A stretch of 62,058 bases of DNA, the filler included. It is 7 parts of 7 records of this genome, joined end to end, with 100 filler letters (N's around TTAATTAATTAA, not from the genome) between each part and the next. Parts side by side here need not be neighbours in the genome. Positions count along the whole stretch, not along the records: positions 14,947 to 23,431 come from SRR31147125_74390; positions 23,532 to 33,395 come from SRR31147125_74422; 5 more parts are not named here. The stretch is one strand, 5' to 3'. Below are positions 18,941-29,422 of this stretch, piece after piece. A program made the translations under genes and the position numbers. Within the stretch, counting starts at the first letter, position 1. Each line of letters starts with the position of its first letter. The notes under the pieces are model-generated. The model had not been told where the DNA came from. It saw only the letters and a list, made by a program, of their open reading frames with translations, and made no database searches.

Positions 18941-19357
18941 TTAAGCCTTTTTCACGCTTGAGTCAGCGCCCAACGCAAGAATGCGGGCAGCGGCAATAGC
19001 CGCGTTGCCGGGATCAATAACCGTTAAAACCGGTGTATTACTCGGCATCTGCAGCGTTGAATTGATATTGACCATCATATCGACCTTATCCGCGAACGGC
19101 GGACAGGCGATAACGGGAAAGTCACAGTTGGCAGCCACAAAACCGGATAACGCATTCGATCGGCCGGCGATGGTGATATAAACCAGCAGACTGTCATCGA
19201 CATGGTTGTCGAGAATGGCCAGTACTTCACGCGGCTGCTTGTGGGCCGAGGCGACATTGATCTCAACATCATACCCCAGCTCTTTCAGTTTTCCGGTTAT
19301 TTTCAGGGCGTGAGGACGATCCGATTCAGATCCCATGATAATAATTACATTACTCAT
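18941..19357 (-). CDS. purE: AIR carboxylase, class II-like PurE
   Basis: IIMGSESD, ASAHK, ITIAGRSNALSG, PVIACPP, STLQMPS. Confidence 0.9.
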   Translation of the reverse strand: MSNVIIIMGSESDRPHALKITGKLKELGYDVEINVASAHKQPREVLAILDNHVDDSLLVYITIAGRSNALSGFVAANCDFPVIACPPFADKVDMMVNINSTLQMPSNTPVLTVIDPGNAAIAAARILALGADSSVKKA

Positions 19358-19404
19358 CTTGTTTCTCCTTTTATGTCAGCGTATAGGATGTAGATGCAGG
19401 CACA

Positions 19405-20394
19405 CTACAGATATGACGCGATATTATCAGTAAGACGTTTTCCTGCCGGTAAAGCCAGTTCATCAGCTGTCGGGAAGGAAAAACTGTTTCCGGTTATCAT
19501 TTCGTAGAGGCGGATGTACCGCAGGGATAGTTCCTCAACCAGCTCTTTGGGGGCTTCCGGCAATACGGCATCATTATAGGGATCGCAATTATCCCTGAAC
19601 CAGAGCCGCAGGAACTCTTTATCAATATTCTCCGGCTCCTTCCCCGCTGCAATGCGTGCTTCGTAGGAATCTGATAACCAGTATCGACTTGAATCCGGGG
19701 TATGGATTTCATCAATCAGCGTAATATTCCCCTGGGCATCTTTCCCCATCTCGTATTTCGTATCGACTAAAATAAGTCCCCGTTTAGCGGCCTCCTGCTG
19801 ACCGAACGCGAACAGATCCAGGGCTGCCTGGGACGCGGCTTCCCAATCCTCCTTGGACATCCATCCTTCATCGACTATTTCCACCGGAGAAATCGGACGG
19901 TCATGGGTCGCTTCCTTGGTGGTAGGTGTGATGATATTGACGGCCAGCTTTTCATTTTTCCGCATGCCTTCCGGGAAATCTATTCCGCAGTAATTACGCA
20001 CGCCTTTGCTGTACTGGGTCCAGAGAGAAGTATCCGTGGTTCCGGTAATATAACCGCGTACGACAAATTCAATCGGAAAAACCGTGCAGCGTTTACCTAC
20101 CGTCACGTTGGGATCGGGTACATCGATCAGATGGTTGGGGATGATGTGCTTTGTCTGTTCGAACCACCACGCGCTGGTCAGGTTCAGAACCTGTCCTTTG
20201 AACGGAATTGATGCCAGAACTCTGTCAAAAGCACTCTGCCTGTCGGTTGTGACAAACAGCATTGATTCTCCGGTGGTGTAGCTGTCCCGTACCTTACCTC
20301 GTTTTTTATCCGGCAGCGGTAGATCTGTCTCGGTCAGACAGTTGTCTGTAGCTGACGAGATGATGGTGCGATACTGTTCATAATTGCCCTGCAT
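19405..20394 (-). CDS. purC: SAICAR synthetase
   Basis: GKVRD, TDRQSAFD, IPFKGQVL, PIEFVVRGY, LVDTKYEMG, DEIHTPDSSRYW, DKEFLR; ATG 20394 after AGGAGG. Confidence 0.95.
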   Translation of the reverse strand: MQGNYEQYRTIISSATDNCLTETDLPLPDKKRGKVRDSYTTGESMLFVTTDRQSAFDRVLASIPFKGQVLNLTSAWWFEQTKHIIPNHLIDVPDPNVTVGKRCTVFPIEFVVRGYITGTTDTSLWTQYSKGVRNYCGIDFPEGMRKNEKLAVNIITPTTKEATHDRPISPVEIVDEGWMSKEDWEAASQAALDLFAFGQQEAAKRGLILVDTKYEMGKDAQGNITLIDEIHTPDSSRYWLSDSYEARIAAGKEPENIDKEFLRLWFRDNCDPYNDAVLPEAPKELVEELSLRYIRLYEMITGNSFSFPTADELALPAGKRLTDNIASYL

Positions 20395-21773
20395 AGGTAT
20401 ACCTCCTGTTGGCATATGGGTTTGAAAAAATATGGGTGGATTCCGCTTCATCACAGACTCTTTTCGCCTCTTCAGGGTCATCTGTGTCCGGGATAATGGT
20501 CCAGATTACCCCTCTGCGTACTCCGTCCACTGCGTTGATATTGAACCAGGTCTTCAAAGCGTGAGTTTTATGATCTCCGATCGAATCTTCACCCGGCAAG
20601 TCGCGTATCAGAATACTGCGTGACAACTCCATATCCAGCGACTGGGTCCTGAACTCTTTGTTCGGATTGTAGAGTTCGCCGCTCTCTTCAGCTGCTTTCA
20701 GGGCTTTTCGCATAGTCTCATCGGATGTGCCTGCCGGGAAAGTGATTTCCCAGTGGGTATGACGTTTGATTGCGGCCTGAATTCCCCGGTGCCGTAAGGC
20801 ATTCTCTACCGAAACGGCTTCATTGTCGGTTATGATCATTTCCACAACGACTTCCCGCGCCGGGAGGCTTTCTTGTGTCGGGGCGTCTTCCCGTATCGGG
20901 GCGTCTTCCCGTGTCGATTTGGATTCTGACAACACATATGGAATTGCCTTGCTATCTATTTCTGGGATAGGCATATCCGCGGATTCAGCTTCGTCAGGTT
21001 GCACATCACCGTTATTTCTTCTTTCAATATAGTCCCGCATGGATGTGAAGATTGCATCTCCGGCTTCTGTTCGTTCAGGATGCGGCATCAGCGCAAGCAC
21101 ATTGCCTTCCCGATTGCAGATTCCAGCCAGATTGTAAACCGATCCATTGGGGTTGATGGGGAACTCCGGCTGAACGCTGCCCTCCTCATTACAATAGCGG
21201 AAAACAGTCATATTGTGTTCAATCATGTAGTGCAGGAGTTCGTCAGGAATGATGAACCGTCCCTCGGCATGGGCGGCCGGGATTGAGAGTATCTCCTGGT
21301 TTCAGATTACTGGTAAAGGCACAGTGTGAAACACTCGAATCCGCTTTGGCTGACAAGTTTGGATCCAGTGCAATATGCACCCAGGCATTGTAAAATCCGG
21401 TTCCGACAATTTCACCGTTCTTGATCCGCCGGTTGGCTGCCAGGGCTGCTCCGGGCTGGTAATCAGGCAAACCGGGAACCAGCCCGGTCTCCACTAGAAC
21501 CTGTGCTCCATTGCAGATACCGATAAGTGGTTTGCCTTTCTCTATCTCATTTTTCAAGTATGGAATAAGCGGTTCCAGGGCTGCAATAACACCAGAACGG
21601 CTACGGTCCTCATAGCTGAAACCACCAGCAATAAGATAACCATCAAGATTCTGCAGATCACGCGGGTCACGATTCCAGAGAAAAGAGACCGGATTCATAC
21701 CGGCTCTGCGAATTGCTTCGGCGGATTCCCGTTCACAGTTGGTTCCCGGGAATTCAATAATTCCTATTTTCAC
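20378..21773 (-). CDS. purQ: FGAM synthase glutaminase subunit PurQ fused to two PurS-like domains; frameshift near 21283
   Basis: FPGTNCE, GGFSYED, GICNG; the shifted frame gives IPAAHAEGRF...NPNGS...AGICN..GNVLALMPHPER and continues about 220 aa to 20378. Confidence 0.85.
20878..20913. repeat. 18-bp tandem duplication in the PurQ-PurS linker
   Basis: TCGGGGCGTCTTCCCGT(A/G) x2, encoding TREDAP/IREDAP. Confidence 0.85.
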
Positions 21774-21783
21774 TGAGTGCTCC

Positions 21784-22869
21784 TCATTTCATTCCCTTAA
21801 GAACGGTTTTTCCATTCCCGGGCGCTATCGCGCCAATGGTATACACAGGGGTTTTAAAATGCTTTTGCATACTTTCAACAGCACTGTCGGCTTCTTTTGG
21901 AGAGACAATAGCGCATAGACCAATCCCCATATTGAATGCCCGGTACATTTCGGTCGGGTCAATATCGGCCAGATGTTGTATGGAACTGAAAACGGGCAAA
22001 ACCGGCCAGCTGTCTATATCAAATACAGCGTCACAATTTCCCGGAATGACACGCGGTACATTTTCCACCAGACCGCCCCCGGTTATGTGCGCCATGCTCT
22101 TTATATCAATACCATCGGCCAGAACAGCCTGTATGGAAGATGAGTAGTTTACATGTGGTTCCAGCAGGATTTCACCGATATGTTTGTCAGATGTACCGGA
22201 CTGCTTTCCTGATTCATCAAACAGCGGCATGGGGTCCTGAACGGAGAGACCGGCTATGTCGAAAAAGACTTTTCTGGCAAGTGAGTAACCATTGGTGTGC
22301 AGCCCGCTGGAAGCAGCTCCAAGAATGATATCGCCAGGTTCAACAAACTTACCATTGATGATATCGTCCTTTTCCACAACTCCCGTTACGATTCCAACCA
22401 GATCATGTTCTCCCGGAAGATAGGTGCCCGGCATTTCGGCGGTTTCCCCGCCAACCAGACTGATACCCTCTTCGCAGCATCCATCGGCCATCCCGGCCAC
22501 TATCTCGGCTACGGTATCGGGATCGAGGGTGTCATTGGCTATATAATCCAGAAAAGTGAGTGGTTTTGCGCCGTGCACCGCGATATCGTTCACGCAGGCG
22601 CTGAGCAGATCCCGACCGATTGTGCAGTAGTTGCCAGCCATCCCAGCCACAATGATTTTGGTTCCAACACCGTCAATGCTCTGTACCATGACCGGAGATG
22701 TATAGTTTTTGATGATGTCACTCAGGTCGAAAAAAGAGCCGAAGCTGCCGAGCCCGCTTAAAACGTGCGGTGAGAATGTAGAGGCCGCGCATGCTTTAAT
22801 TTTCTCAACCGCTTTATTTCCGGCTTCGATATTCACACCAGCCGAACTGTAATCTATACCTTTTCCCAT
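21784..22869 (-). CDS. purM: AIR synthetase
   Basis: YSSAGVNIEAG, DGVGTK, VND, GGETAEMPG, SSGLHTNGYSL, AHITGGG, FNMGIG. Confidence 0.95.
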   Translation of the reverse strand: MGKGIDYSSAGVNIEAGNKAVEKIKACAASTFSPHVLSGLGSFGSFFDLSDIIKNYTSPVMVQSIDGVGTKIIVAGMAGNYCTIGRDLLSACVNDIAVHGAKPLTFLDYIANDTLDPDTVAEIVAGMADGCCEEGISLVGGETAEMPGTYLPGEHDLVGIVTGVVEKDDIINGKFVEPGDIILGAASSGLHTNGYSLARKVFFDIAGLSVQDPMPLFDESGKQSGTSDKHIGEILLEPHVNYSSSIQAVLADGIDIKSMAHITGGGLVENVPRVIPGNCDAVFDIDSWPVLPVFSSIQHLADIDPTEMYRAFNMGIGLCAIVSPKEADSAVESMQKHFKTPVYTIGAIAPGNGKTVLKGMK

Positions 22870-22890
22870 ATTAATATCTTCCTTTATCCG

Positions 22891-23430
22891 TTATAGTTTT
22901 CCGCGCAGACCGTTTTCCCAGCGCTCTTTGGCTTCTGCTATGGAACAGCTTATACGATCATTGATTCTAATCATGGTATCCTGGCTGGTTGTACCGATGA
23001 GAACTGCTTCAGCAGCATATTCTGCACAAAGTTGCTGGAATTTTTCCAGATCGGCTCTCCGGCACTCAACAACAAATCCAAATGATTCTGAAAAGAGTTT
23101 CTTATCCTCGCGCAGAGCTCCAGGAATAGTTGTCGTGCATCCGATGCCCGAAGCTATGGCCATTTCCGCCAGAGCAGCCGCGATACCTCCTTCAGAGATG
23201 TCATGACACGCGGCCAAGGTGCCGATTTCAGCCGCTTCCCGAATCACACTGCCAATGTTTTTCAACTGCGTCAGGTCCGGTTCAGGAATTGAGTTCCCGA
23301 CTGCTCCATGCAGATTGTAGTAGATGCTTCCACCGCATTCATCTTTACGCTCCCCAAGCATCAGGAGAACAGAGTCATCATACTTGAATTGCGGTGTAAG
23401 AACTGAAGAGGCCTCTTCAAGTTTTCCCAA
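22891..23430 (-). CDS. purL: FGAM synthase subunit PurL (small form), C-terminal part
   Basis: CHDISEGGIAAALAEM, LFSES; 5'-truncated at the contig end. Confidence 0.88.
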   Translation of the reverse strand: MGKLEEASSVLTPQFKYDDSVLLMLGERKDECGGSIYYNLHGAVGNSIPEPDLTQLKNIGSVIREAAEIGTLAACHDISEGGIAAALAEMAIASGIGCTTTIPGALREDKKLFSESFGFVVECRRADLEKFQQLCAEYAAEAVLIGTTSQDTMIRINDRISCSIAEAKERWENGLRGKL

Positions 23431-23431
23431 A

Positions 23432-23531
23432 NNNNNNNNNNNNNNNNNNNNNNNNNNNNNNNNNNNNNNNNNNNNTTAATTAATTAANNNNNNNNNNNNN
23501 NNNNNNNNNNNNNNNNNNNNNNNNNNNNNNN
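23432..23531. other. Artificial contig spacer
   Basis: N-run with TTAATTAATTAA. Confidence 0.99.
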
Positions 23532-23994
23532 CAGGCTTTTGGGCTTAACTTACCTTCTGCATCTTTATCAATAATCCCAAATTCTTTTGTAATAAAACCA
23601 TTAACATATACCCAGGCATATGCCGTGTCGGTTTCAGTTCCATTTGAGTAAATTACGGAGTAGCCCCCTCACTCAGGTTTCCAATCGCAGAGTAGTTGGT
23701 ATCGTTATCCGTTTTAATTATTTGTTGAAAATTAAAATCAATAGCATCCGTATCAAATAGATACCATGTAAAATCAAATTTAGAAATGCTGTCTGGTGAA
23801 TAAATTTCAAGGGAACCAATATCAGAAGAAACATCTGTTTCTGTTAGATTGAATACATAAATCGAATCCGTACGGTTCAGTGAATTATAATCTGTATTTT
23901 CCGTATAGTCAGATTGTGTAGAGAAAATCTGGCTAAACCCATTTATTTGACTCGCATATATTAAAAAAAGAAATACAATGTAAAAACTTCTCAT
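23532..23994 (-). CDS. Secreted Bacteroidota protein, N-terminal part (possibly T9SS/gliding-motility CTD family); frameshift at about 23664-23668, 3'-truncated
   Basis: Signal peptide, DSIYVF, FTWY; the shifted frame continues GYSVIY...AYAWVYVN to the contig end. Confidence 0.5.
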
Positions 23995-24150
23995 AAATGT
24001 TTTTCTAATCCGAATAATAAACTTATAATTTCAACATTTATTATTTCCAGAATTTTTTGCGGTACAATGATATAAAAAACATTGAACACTGTTTGGATAA
24101 CATGTTAAAAAATAAAGATCGCTTAACACAAAAAATAGATCATCAACCTT

Positions 24151-24158
24151 TAACTTTG
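24151..24158 (+). promoter_or_regulatory. Bacteroidota -7 promoter element (TAnnTTTG)
   Basis: TAACTTTG 21 nt upstream of the helicase start. Confidence 0.65.
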
Positions 24159-24179
24159 GAAATTTTTAACGAATAAATT

Positions 24180-26507
24180 GTGGTAGATTATTTAGAGCAA
24201 TTAAATCAGGTACAGAAAGAAGCAGTAACAAACACCAGTGGCCCATCCCTTGTAATTGCAGGTGCCGGGTCTGGAAAAACAAGGGTTCTTACATTTAGAA
24301 TTGCCTATTTGCTTTCAAAAGGTGTTCCTCCATATAAGATTCTTGCACTTACGTTTACAAATAAGGCGGCAAAGGAAATGAAAGAGCGTATTGCGAAAAT
24401 AATCGATCCGCAACTTGCCAGCCAATTATGGATGGGTACGTTCCACTCCGTATTTTCCAAAATATTACGTTACGAAGCCGAAAATTTAAAATACAGCTCT
24501 AACTACACAATTTACGATACAGAAGATTCTAGGGGGCTTATAAAAAAAATTATTAAAGACTTAAAACTTGATGACCAAACCTACAAGGCCAATGAGGTTC
24601 AATCCCGTATTTCGATGGCAAAAAATAACCTGATAACTTCCAAAGCCTATGTTGGAAACAGCACCATTATGGCCAATGATCAAAACTCGAAAAAACCAAT
24701 GATTGGCGATATTTACAGAAATTACGATCTGAGGTGCAAAAAAGCAGATGCCATGGATTTTGACGATCTGCTACTCAACACCAATGTATTGTTCCGTGAT
24801 TTTCCTGATGTTTTAGAAAAATACCAAAAACGATTTGATTATGTTTTGGTTGATGAGTACCAGGACACAAATTTCTCCCAATATCTTATTGTAACAAAAC
24901 TTGTTTCCAATCATAAAAATCTTTGCGTTGTTGGTGACGATGCACAAAGTATATATTCGTTCCGGGGTGCAAAAATTGAGAACATTTTAAATTTCAGGAA
25001 AGATTTCCCTGAATATAACATGTACAAACTCGAGCAAAACTACCGTTCTACGCAAACTATTGTGAATGCGGCCAACAGTATTATCACAAAAAACAGGGAT
25101 CAAATTAAAAAAGAGGTTTATTCAAAAAATGAATCCGGGGAAAAGATTAAGGTCTTAAAAGCATTTACTGATTCGGAAGAAGGAGTAAAAATAGCTGCCG
25201 ATATTGTTGACCGAAAATATCAAAATCAGTTTGAAAACAAAGATTTTGCAATTCTTTACAGGACAAATGCACAATCAAGGATTTTTGAAGAGTCGTTACG
25301 CAGAAAAAACATACCCTACCGAATTTATGGCAGTATCTCGTTTTACCAACGAAAAGAAATTAAAGACATTCTGGCTTACTACAGACTGATAATAAACAAT
25401 AAAGATGATGTTGCCTTAAAACGAATAATTAACTATCCGGCTCGAGGTATCGGTCAAACAACAGTTAATCGTCTTGAAGAAATTTCAGTAAACCAAAACA
25501 TTAGTATTTGGGAAGTTATAAAAACTCCTGCTTTTCTAATAAACAAGTTTAATTCGGGTACAATTACCAAGTTGACCAAGTTTAAAACGCTAATTGATGA
25601 TTTTCTTCCGTTGCTAACTTCCTTGAATGCATATGAACTTGCAAAAGAAGTAGCTACAAAAGCAGGTATAGTAAACGACTTGTTCAACGAAAGTGGTGTT
25701 GAAGCAAGGTCGAGGTACGAAAATGTTGAGGAATTACTGAATGGTATTAAAGAATTTGTTGACAATCAGATTGAATCTGGAGAACCAACAAATCTTGAGA
25801 CATTTATGGAGAATGTTGCTTTGTTAACAGACGCAGATACCAACGACGAAACGGCGAAAGATACGGTTAGCTTAATGACGATTCACGCTGCAAAAGGGCT
25901 AGAGTTCAAAGTAGTATACATTGCTGGCCTGGAAGAAGAACTTTTCCCGTCTCGGTTATCCACTCAATCTGCGAAAGATTTGGAAGAAGAAAGACGGTTG
26001 TTTTATGTAGCGCTTACCCGTGCTGAAAAATCTGCTGTTTTAAGTTTCGCCGAAAGCCGTTATAAATGGGGTGTTCCAAATAATTGCACACCCAGCCGGT
26101 TTATTTCAGAAATAGATGAAGCATTTATAGACCAGCCTGTTTTTGCTGATGATTTTGCTTTGGTTGAAAAGGATAAGCCACTTAAACCCATGCCAAATAT
26201 TAAAGTAAAAACACATAAACCAAAACAAATAAATAATCCTCATTTAAAATCTGCAAAACAAAATTTAAAAAAGATAAGCACAGCGAAATCTCAGCCGCAG
26301 GTATTACCCAAAGATTTTAAGCCAGACAACCCGAACAACATACAGATGGGTATGAAGGTTAAACACATCCGTTTTGGGGAAGGCAAAGTAACTCATATTG
26401 AGGGCTCTGACACCAACCGAAAAGCAACAGTTTTTTTCACTGATTTGCAACAGGAAAAAACTTTATTGCTAAATTTTGCCAAGCTAATGATAGTTAAATC
26501 CGTTTAG
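24180..26507 (+). CDS. pcrA: ATP-dependent DNA helicase UvrD/PcrA
   Basis: AGAGSGKT, TFTNKAA, VDEYQD, VGDDAQSIY.FRGA, LEQNYRS, TIHAAKGLEF, EERRLFYVA.TRA, C-terminal Tudor-like H.RFG.G. Confidence 0.95.
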   Translation: MVDYLEQLNQVQKEAVTNTSGPSLVIAGAGSGKTRVLTFRIAYLLSKGVPPYKILALTFTNKAAKEMKERIAKIIDPQLASQLWMGTFHSVFSKILRYEAENLKYSSNYTIYDTEDSRGLIKKIIKDLKLDDQTYKANEVQSRISMAKNNLITSKAYVGNSTIMANDQNSKKPMIGDIYRNYDLRCKKADAMDFDDLLLNTNVLFRDFPDVLEKYQKRFDYVLVDEYQDTNFSQYLIVTKLVSNHKNLCVVGDDAQSIYSFRGAKIENILNFRKDFPEYNMYKLEQNYRSTQTIVNAANSIITKNRDQIKKEVYSKNESGEKIKVLKAFTDSEEGVKIAADIVDRKYQNQFENKDFAILYRTNAQSRIFEESLRRKNIPYRIYGSISFYQRKEIKDILAYYRLIINNKDDVALKRIINYPARGIGQTTVNRLEEISVNQNISIWEVIKTPAFLINKFNSGTITKLTKFKTLIDDFLPLLTSLNAYELAKEVATKAGIVNDLFNESGVEARSRYENVEELLNGIKEFVDNQIESGEPTNLETFMENVALLTDADTNDETAKDTVSLMTIHAAKGLEFKVVYIAGLEEELFPSRLSTQSAKDLEEERRLFYVALTRAEKSAVLSFAESRYKWGVPNNCTPSRFISEIDEAFIDQPVFADDFALVEKDKPLKPMPNIKVKTHKPKQINNPHLKSAKQNLKKISTAKSQPQVLPKDFKPDNPNNIQMGMKVKHIRFGEGKVTHIEGSDTNRKATVFFTDLQQEKTLLLNFAKLMIVKSV

Positions 26508-26527
26508 TTGTTTATATTTAATAAACT

Positions 26528-26558
26528 TTTGATTGCTAGTCTAAAAAAGTTAGCTTTG
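26528..26558 (+). promoter_or_regulatory. Bacteroidota promoter (-33 TTTG / -7 TAnnTTTG)
   Basis: TTTG at 26528-26531, 19-nt spacer, TAGCTTTG at 26551-26558. Confidence 0.7.
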
Positions 26559-26581
26559 TATTTTATTTCAATTTATACCCA

Positions 26582-27202
26582 ATGAGTTTTGATTATAACA
26601 CAAGTAGGAAAAATTTAGTACTTCCTGAATACGGCAGGAATATACAATACATGATTGATCATGCAATGAGCCTTGAAAACAGAGAGGAAAGGATCCAATC
26701 AGCACAAGCAATTATTGATGTAATGGGGAATATGAACCCACACTTGAGGGACATTGAAGATTTTAAGCATAAGCTTTGGGATCACCTTGCAATTATGGCT
26801 AAATTTGATTTAGATATTGATTGGCCATATGAACTACCTACTAAAGAAATTCTTGAAGAAAAACCTAATAACATACCCTATAACAACTATACAATTCGCT
26901 TTAAACACTATGGCAAAGCCATAGAATTATTTATTGCAAAAGCAATCGAGATTGAAGACGAAGAAGAACAACAAGCTTTGATTAAATTGATTGCCAATCA
27001 CATGAAAAAAGCTTATCTAACATGGAATAGAGAAAGTGTTAATGATGAAGTAATTTTTTCGGACTTAAAACATTTATCAAAAGGTAAATTAGTTGCTCCA
27101 GATGGTCTGAAGTTAGCAGAAGTAAAAGATATAGTGACTAAAACCAAGAAAAAAGAAATCCAACAAAAGAAAATAAAACGCAACTTTAATGGCCACATTT
27201 GA
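26582..27202 (+). CDS. DUF4290 family protein
   Basis: YNT.RK.L.LPEYGRNIQ, HKLWDHLAIM, IANHMKK.YLTWN; usual Bacteroidota position upstream of murA. Confidence 0.85.
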   Translation: MSFDYNTSRKNLVLPEYGRNIQYMIDHAMSLENREERIQSAQAIIDVMGNMNPHLRDIEDFKHKLWDHLAIMAKFDLDIDWPYELPTKEILEEKPNNIPYNNYTIRFKHYGKAIELFIAKAIEIEDEEEQQALIKLIANHMKKAYLTWNRESVNDEVIFSDLKHLSKGKLVAPDGLKLAEVKDIVTKTKKKEIQQKKIKRNFNGHI

Positions 27203-28489
27203 AGTTACCGGGGGACAAAAGCTAAATGGCGAATTGGTTCCCCAGGGAGCCAAAAACGAAGCACTACAGATAATTTGCGCCACTCTTCTTACATCACAAG
27301 AAGTTATTATTGACAACATTCCTAATATTCAGGATGTTAATGTTTTAATATCTCTTATCGCAGATTTGGGTGTTGAAGTCAAACAATTATCCGAATTAAA
27401 ATACTCATTTAAAGCTACTAATGTTAATATTGAGTATTTAAAATCTGAAGAATTTAAAACAAAGGCTTCTCGTCTACGAGGTTCTATAATGATTATTGGC
27501 CCCTTACTTTCTCGTTTTGGCTTAGGCTATGTTCCAAAACCTGGCGGCGATAAAATTGGCAGGCGCAGACTTGACACACACTTCCAAGGATTTATTAACC
27601 TTGGAGCATTGTTTACTGTTGAAGAAAATTCTTTCTATAAAGTTGAAGCAAAGAGATTAAAAGGCACATACATGTTGCTCGACGAAGCTTCTGTAACAGG
27701 AACAGCAAATATTTTAATGGCAGCTGTTTTGGCAGAAGGCACAACTACCATTTACCATGCAGCCTGCGAACCATATGTACAGCAACTCTGTAAAATGCTT
27801 ACATCCATGGGTGCCAATATTGAGGGAATTGGTTCAAACCTGTTAACAATACATGGCGTTAACGAATTAAAAGGCTGCAACCACATGATACTTCCTGATA
27901 TGATTGAAGTTGGAAGTTTTATTGGCTTGGCTGCCATGACAAAATCAGAAATTACAATAAAAAATACAGCCTACGATGAACTTGGAATTATCCCTGAATC
28001 GTTTCGTAGGTTAGGAATAAAATTCGAAAGAAAAGAAGACGATATTTTTGTCCCAGCCCAAGATGGGTATGAAATCGAAACTTTCATAGATGGTTCAATC
28101 ATGACCATTGACGACGCGCCATGGCCCGGGCTAACGCCAGATTTACTTAGTGTTTTACTGGTTGTTGCGACACAGGCAAAAGGTAGTGTTTTAATCCACC
28201 AAAAAATGTTTGAAAGCCGACTGTTTTTTGTAGATAAACTAATTGACATGGGTGCACAGATTATTCTCTGCGATCCACACCGTGCAACAGTGATTGGTTT
28301 AAACAATCAACTTAAACTAAGGTCTACAACAATGACATCTCCTGATATCAGGGCAGGCGTAGCACTATTAATTGCTGCGTTGTCTGCTGAGGGAAATCTG
28401 TTATTCACAACATAGAGCAGATAGACCGTGGTTACCAAAACATTGATAGCCGTTTGAATAATATTGGTGCAAAAATTAAGAGGATATAA
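27189..28489 (+). CDS. murA: UDP-N-acetylglucosamine 1-carboxyvinyltransferase; 1-nt frameshift near 28395
   Basis: [37 protein letters not shown]; the shifted frame gives IDRGYQNI...GAKI with stop at 28489. Confidence 0.93.
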
Positions 28490-28491
28490 TT

Positions 28492-29235
28492 CTATTTCCT
28501 AACAAATTCAACTTCTTTAAAAAAGTACAATCGTTTTTTGTTCGACTCATCAAGAATTACCAATTCTCCCGAATCCATAACATCAACAATTTTACCGGTA
28601 AATTCACCGTTGGAATCTTTATAGATTTGAGATTCTCCACACAGATATAAATTATTCAGATATTCACCTTTTAGTGATTGTAATTCCCCATTTTTTAATC
28701 TCTCATAATTCGATAAAAAATGTTCCAACAACTCTTCGATTAAAGTTTGTAGTTGATATTCTTCTCCGGTAATATTTCTTAGTGAAACAGGGTTTGGAAG
28801 CTCATCAGAAAATTTATTTTGATTAATATTTATTCCGATGCCAATTATAGAATTTTTTATTGTTGCGCCAATTATGGAATTCTCAACTAAAATCCCACAC
28901 AATTTTAAATCTCTATAATAGATATCATTGGGCCATTTTATTTTAATATCTCCTACTTTCTTGTCTAAAAACTCAATTATTGATAAAGACGTTACCACGG
29001 ATAAAAAAAATTGCATTTCTATCGGAAGAAATTTTGGTGAAATAACAATACTGCATGTTATGTTTTTATTGTCTTCCGAAAGCCAACTGTTCCCTTTTTG
29101 ACCTCGACCTTGAACTTGAGATTTAGCCCAAATTATTGTTCCTTCAACCAGTTCCTGATTTTTTAATAATTCAGAAGCATAATTGTTGGTAGAGTCGACT
29201 GACGAAATTTCAATAATTTTTCCTTTTCTGTCCAT
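28492..29235 (-). CDS. birA: Biotin-[acetyl-CoA-carboxylase] ligase (no HTH)
   Basis: VDSTN, Q.QGRGQ.GN.W, IKWPNDI, KLCGILVE, GIGININQ. Confidence 0.93.
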   Translation of the reverse strand: MDRKGKIIEISSVDSTNNYASELLKNQELVEGTIIWAKSQVQGRGQKGNSWLSEDNKNITCSIVISPKFLPIEMQFFLSVVTSLSIIEFLDKKVGDIKIKWPNDIYYRDLKLCGILVENSIIGATIKNSIIGIGININQNKFSDELPNPVSLRNITGEEYQLQTLIEELLEHFLSNYERLKNGELQSLKGEYLNNLYLCGESQIYKDSNGEFTGKIVDVMDSGELVILDESNKKRLYFFKEVEFVRK

Positions 29236-29398
29236 TTTTTTCAAAATTTCTGCAATGGTACAAATATTGAAACATTCTTTACTCAAATTCTGTTGTTACG
29301 TTGCATAATGGAGTAACTTTAGAAAATTACTCCAAATCTAGATGTAATATTTAAATACAGATAGAGCTTGAAAATTAGAAATTTATTAGATGAAATAT

Positions 29399-29406
29399 TA
29401 CATTTG
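29399..29406 (+). promoter_or_regulatory. Bacteroidota -7 promoter element (TAnnTTTG)
   Basis: TACATTTG 16 nt upstream of rsfS. Confidence 0.6.
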
Positions 29407-29422
29407 TCGCTAAAATTATTGA

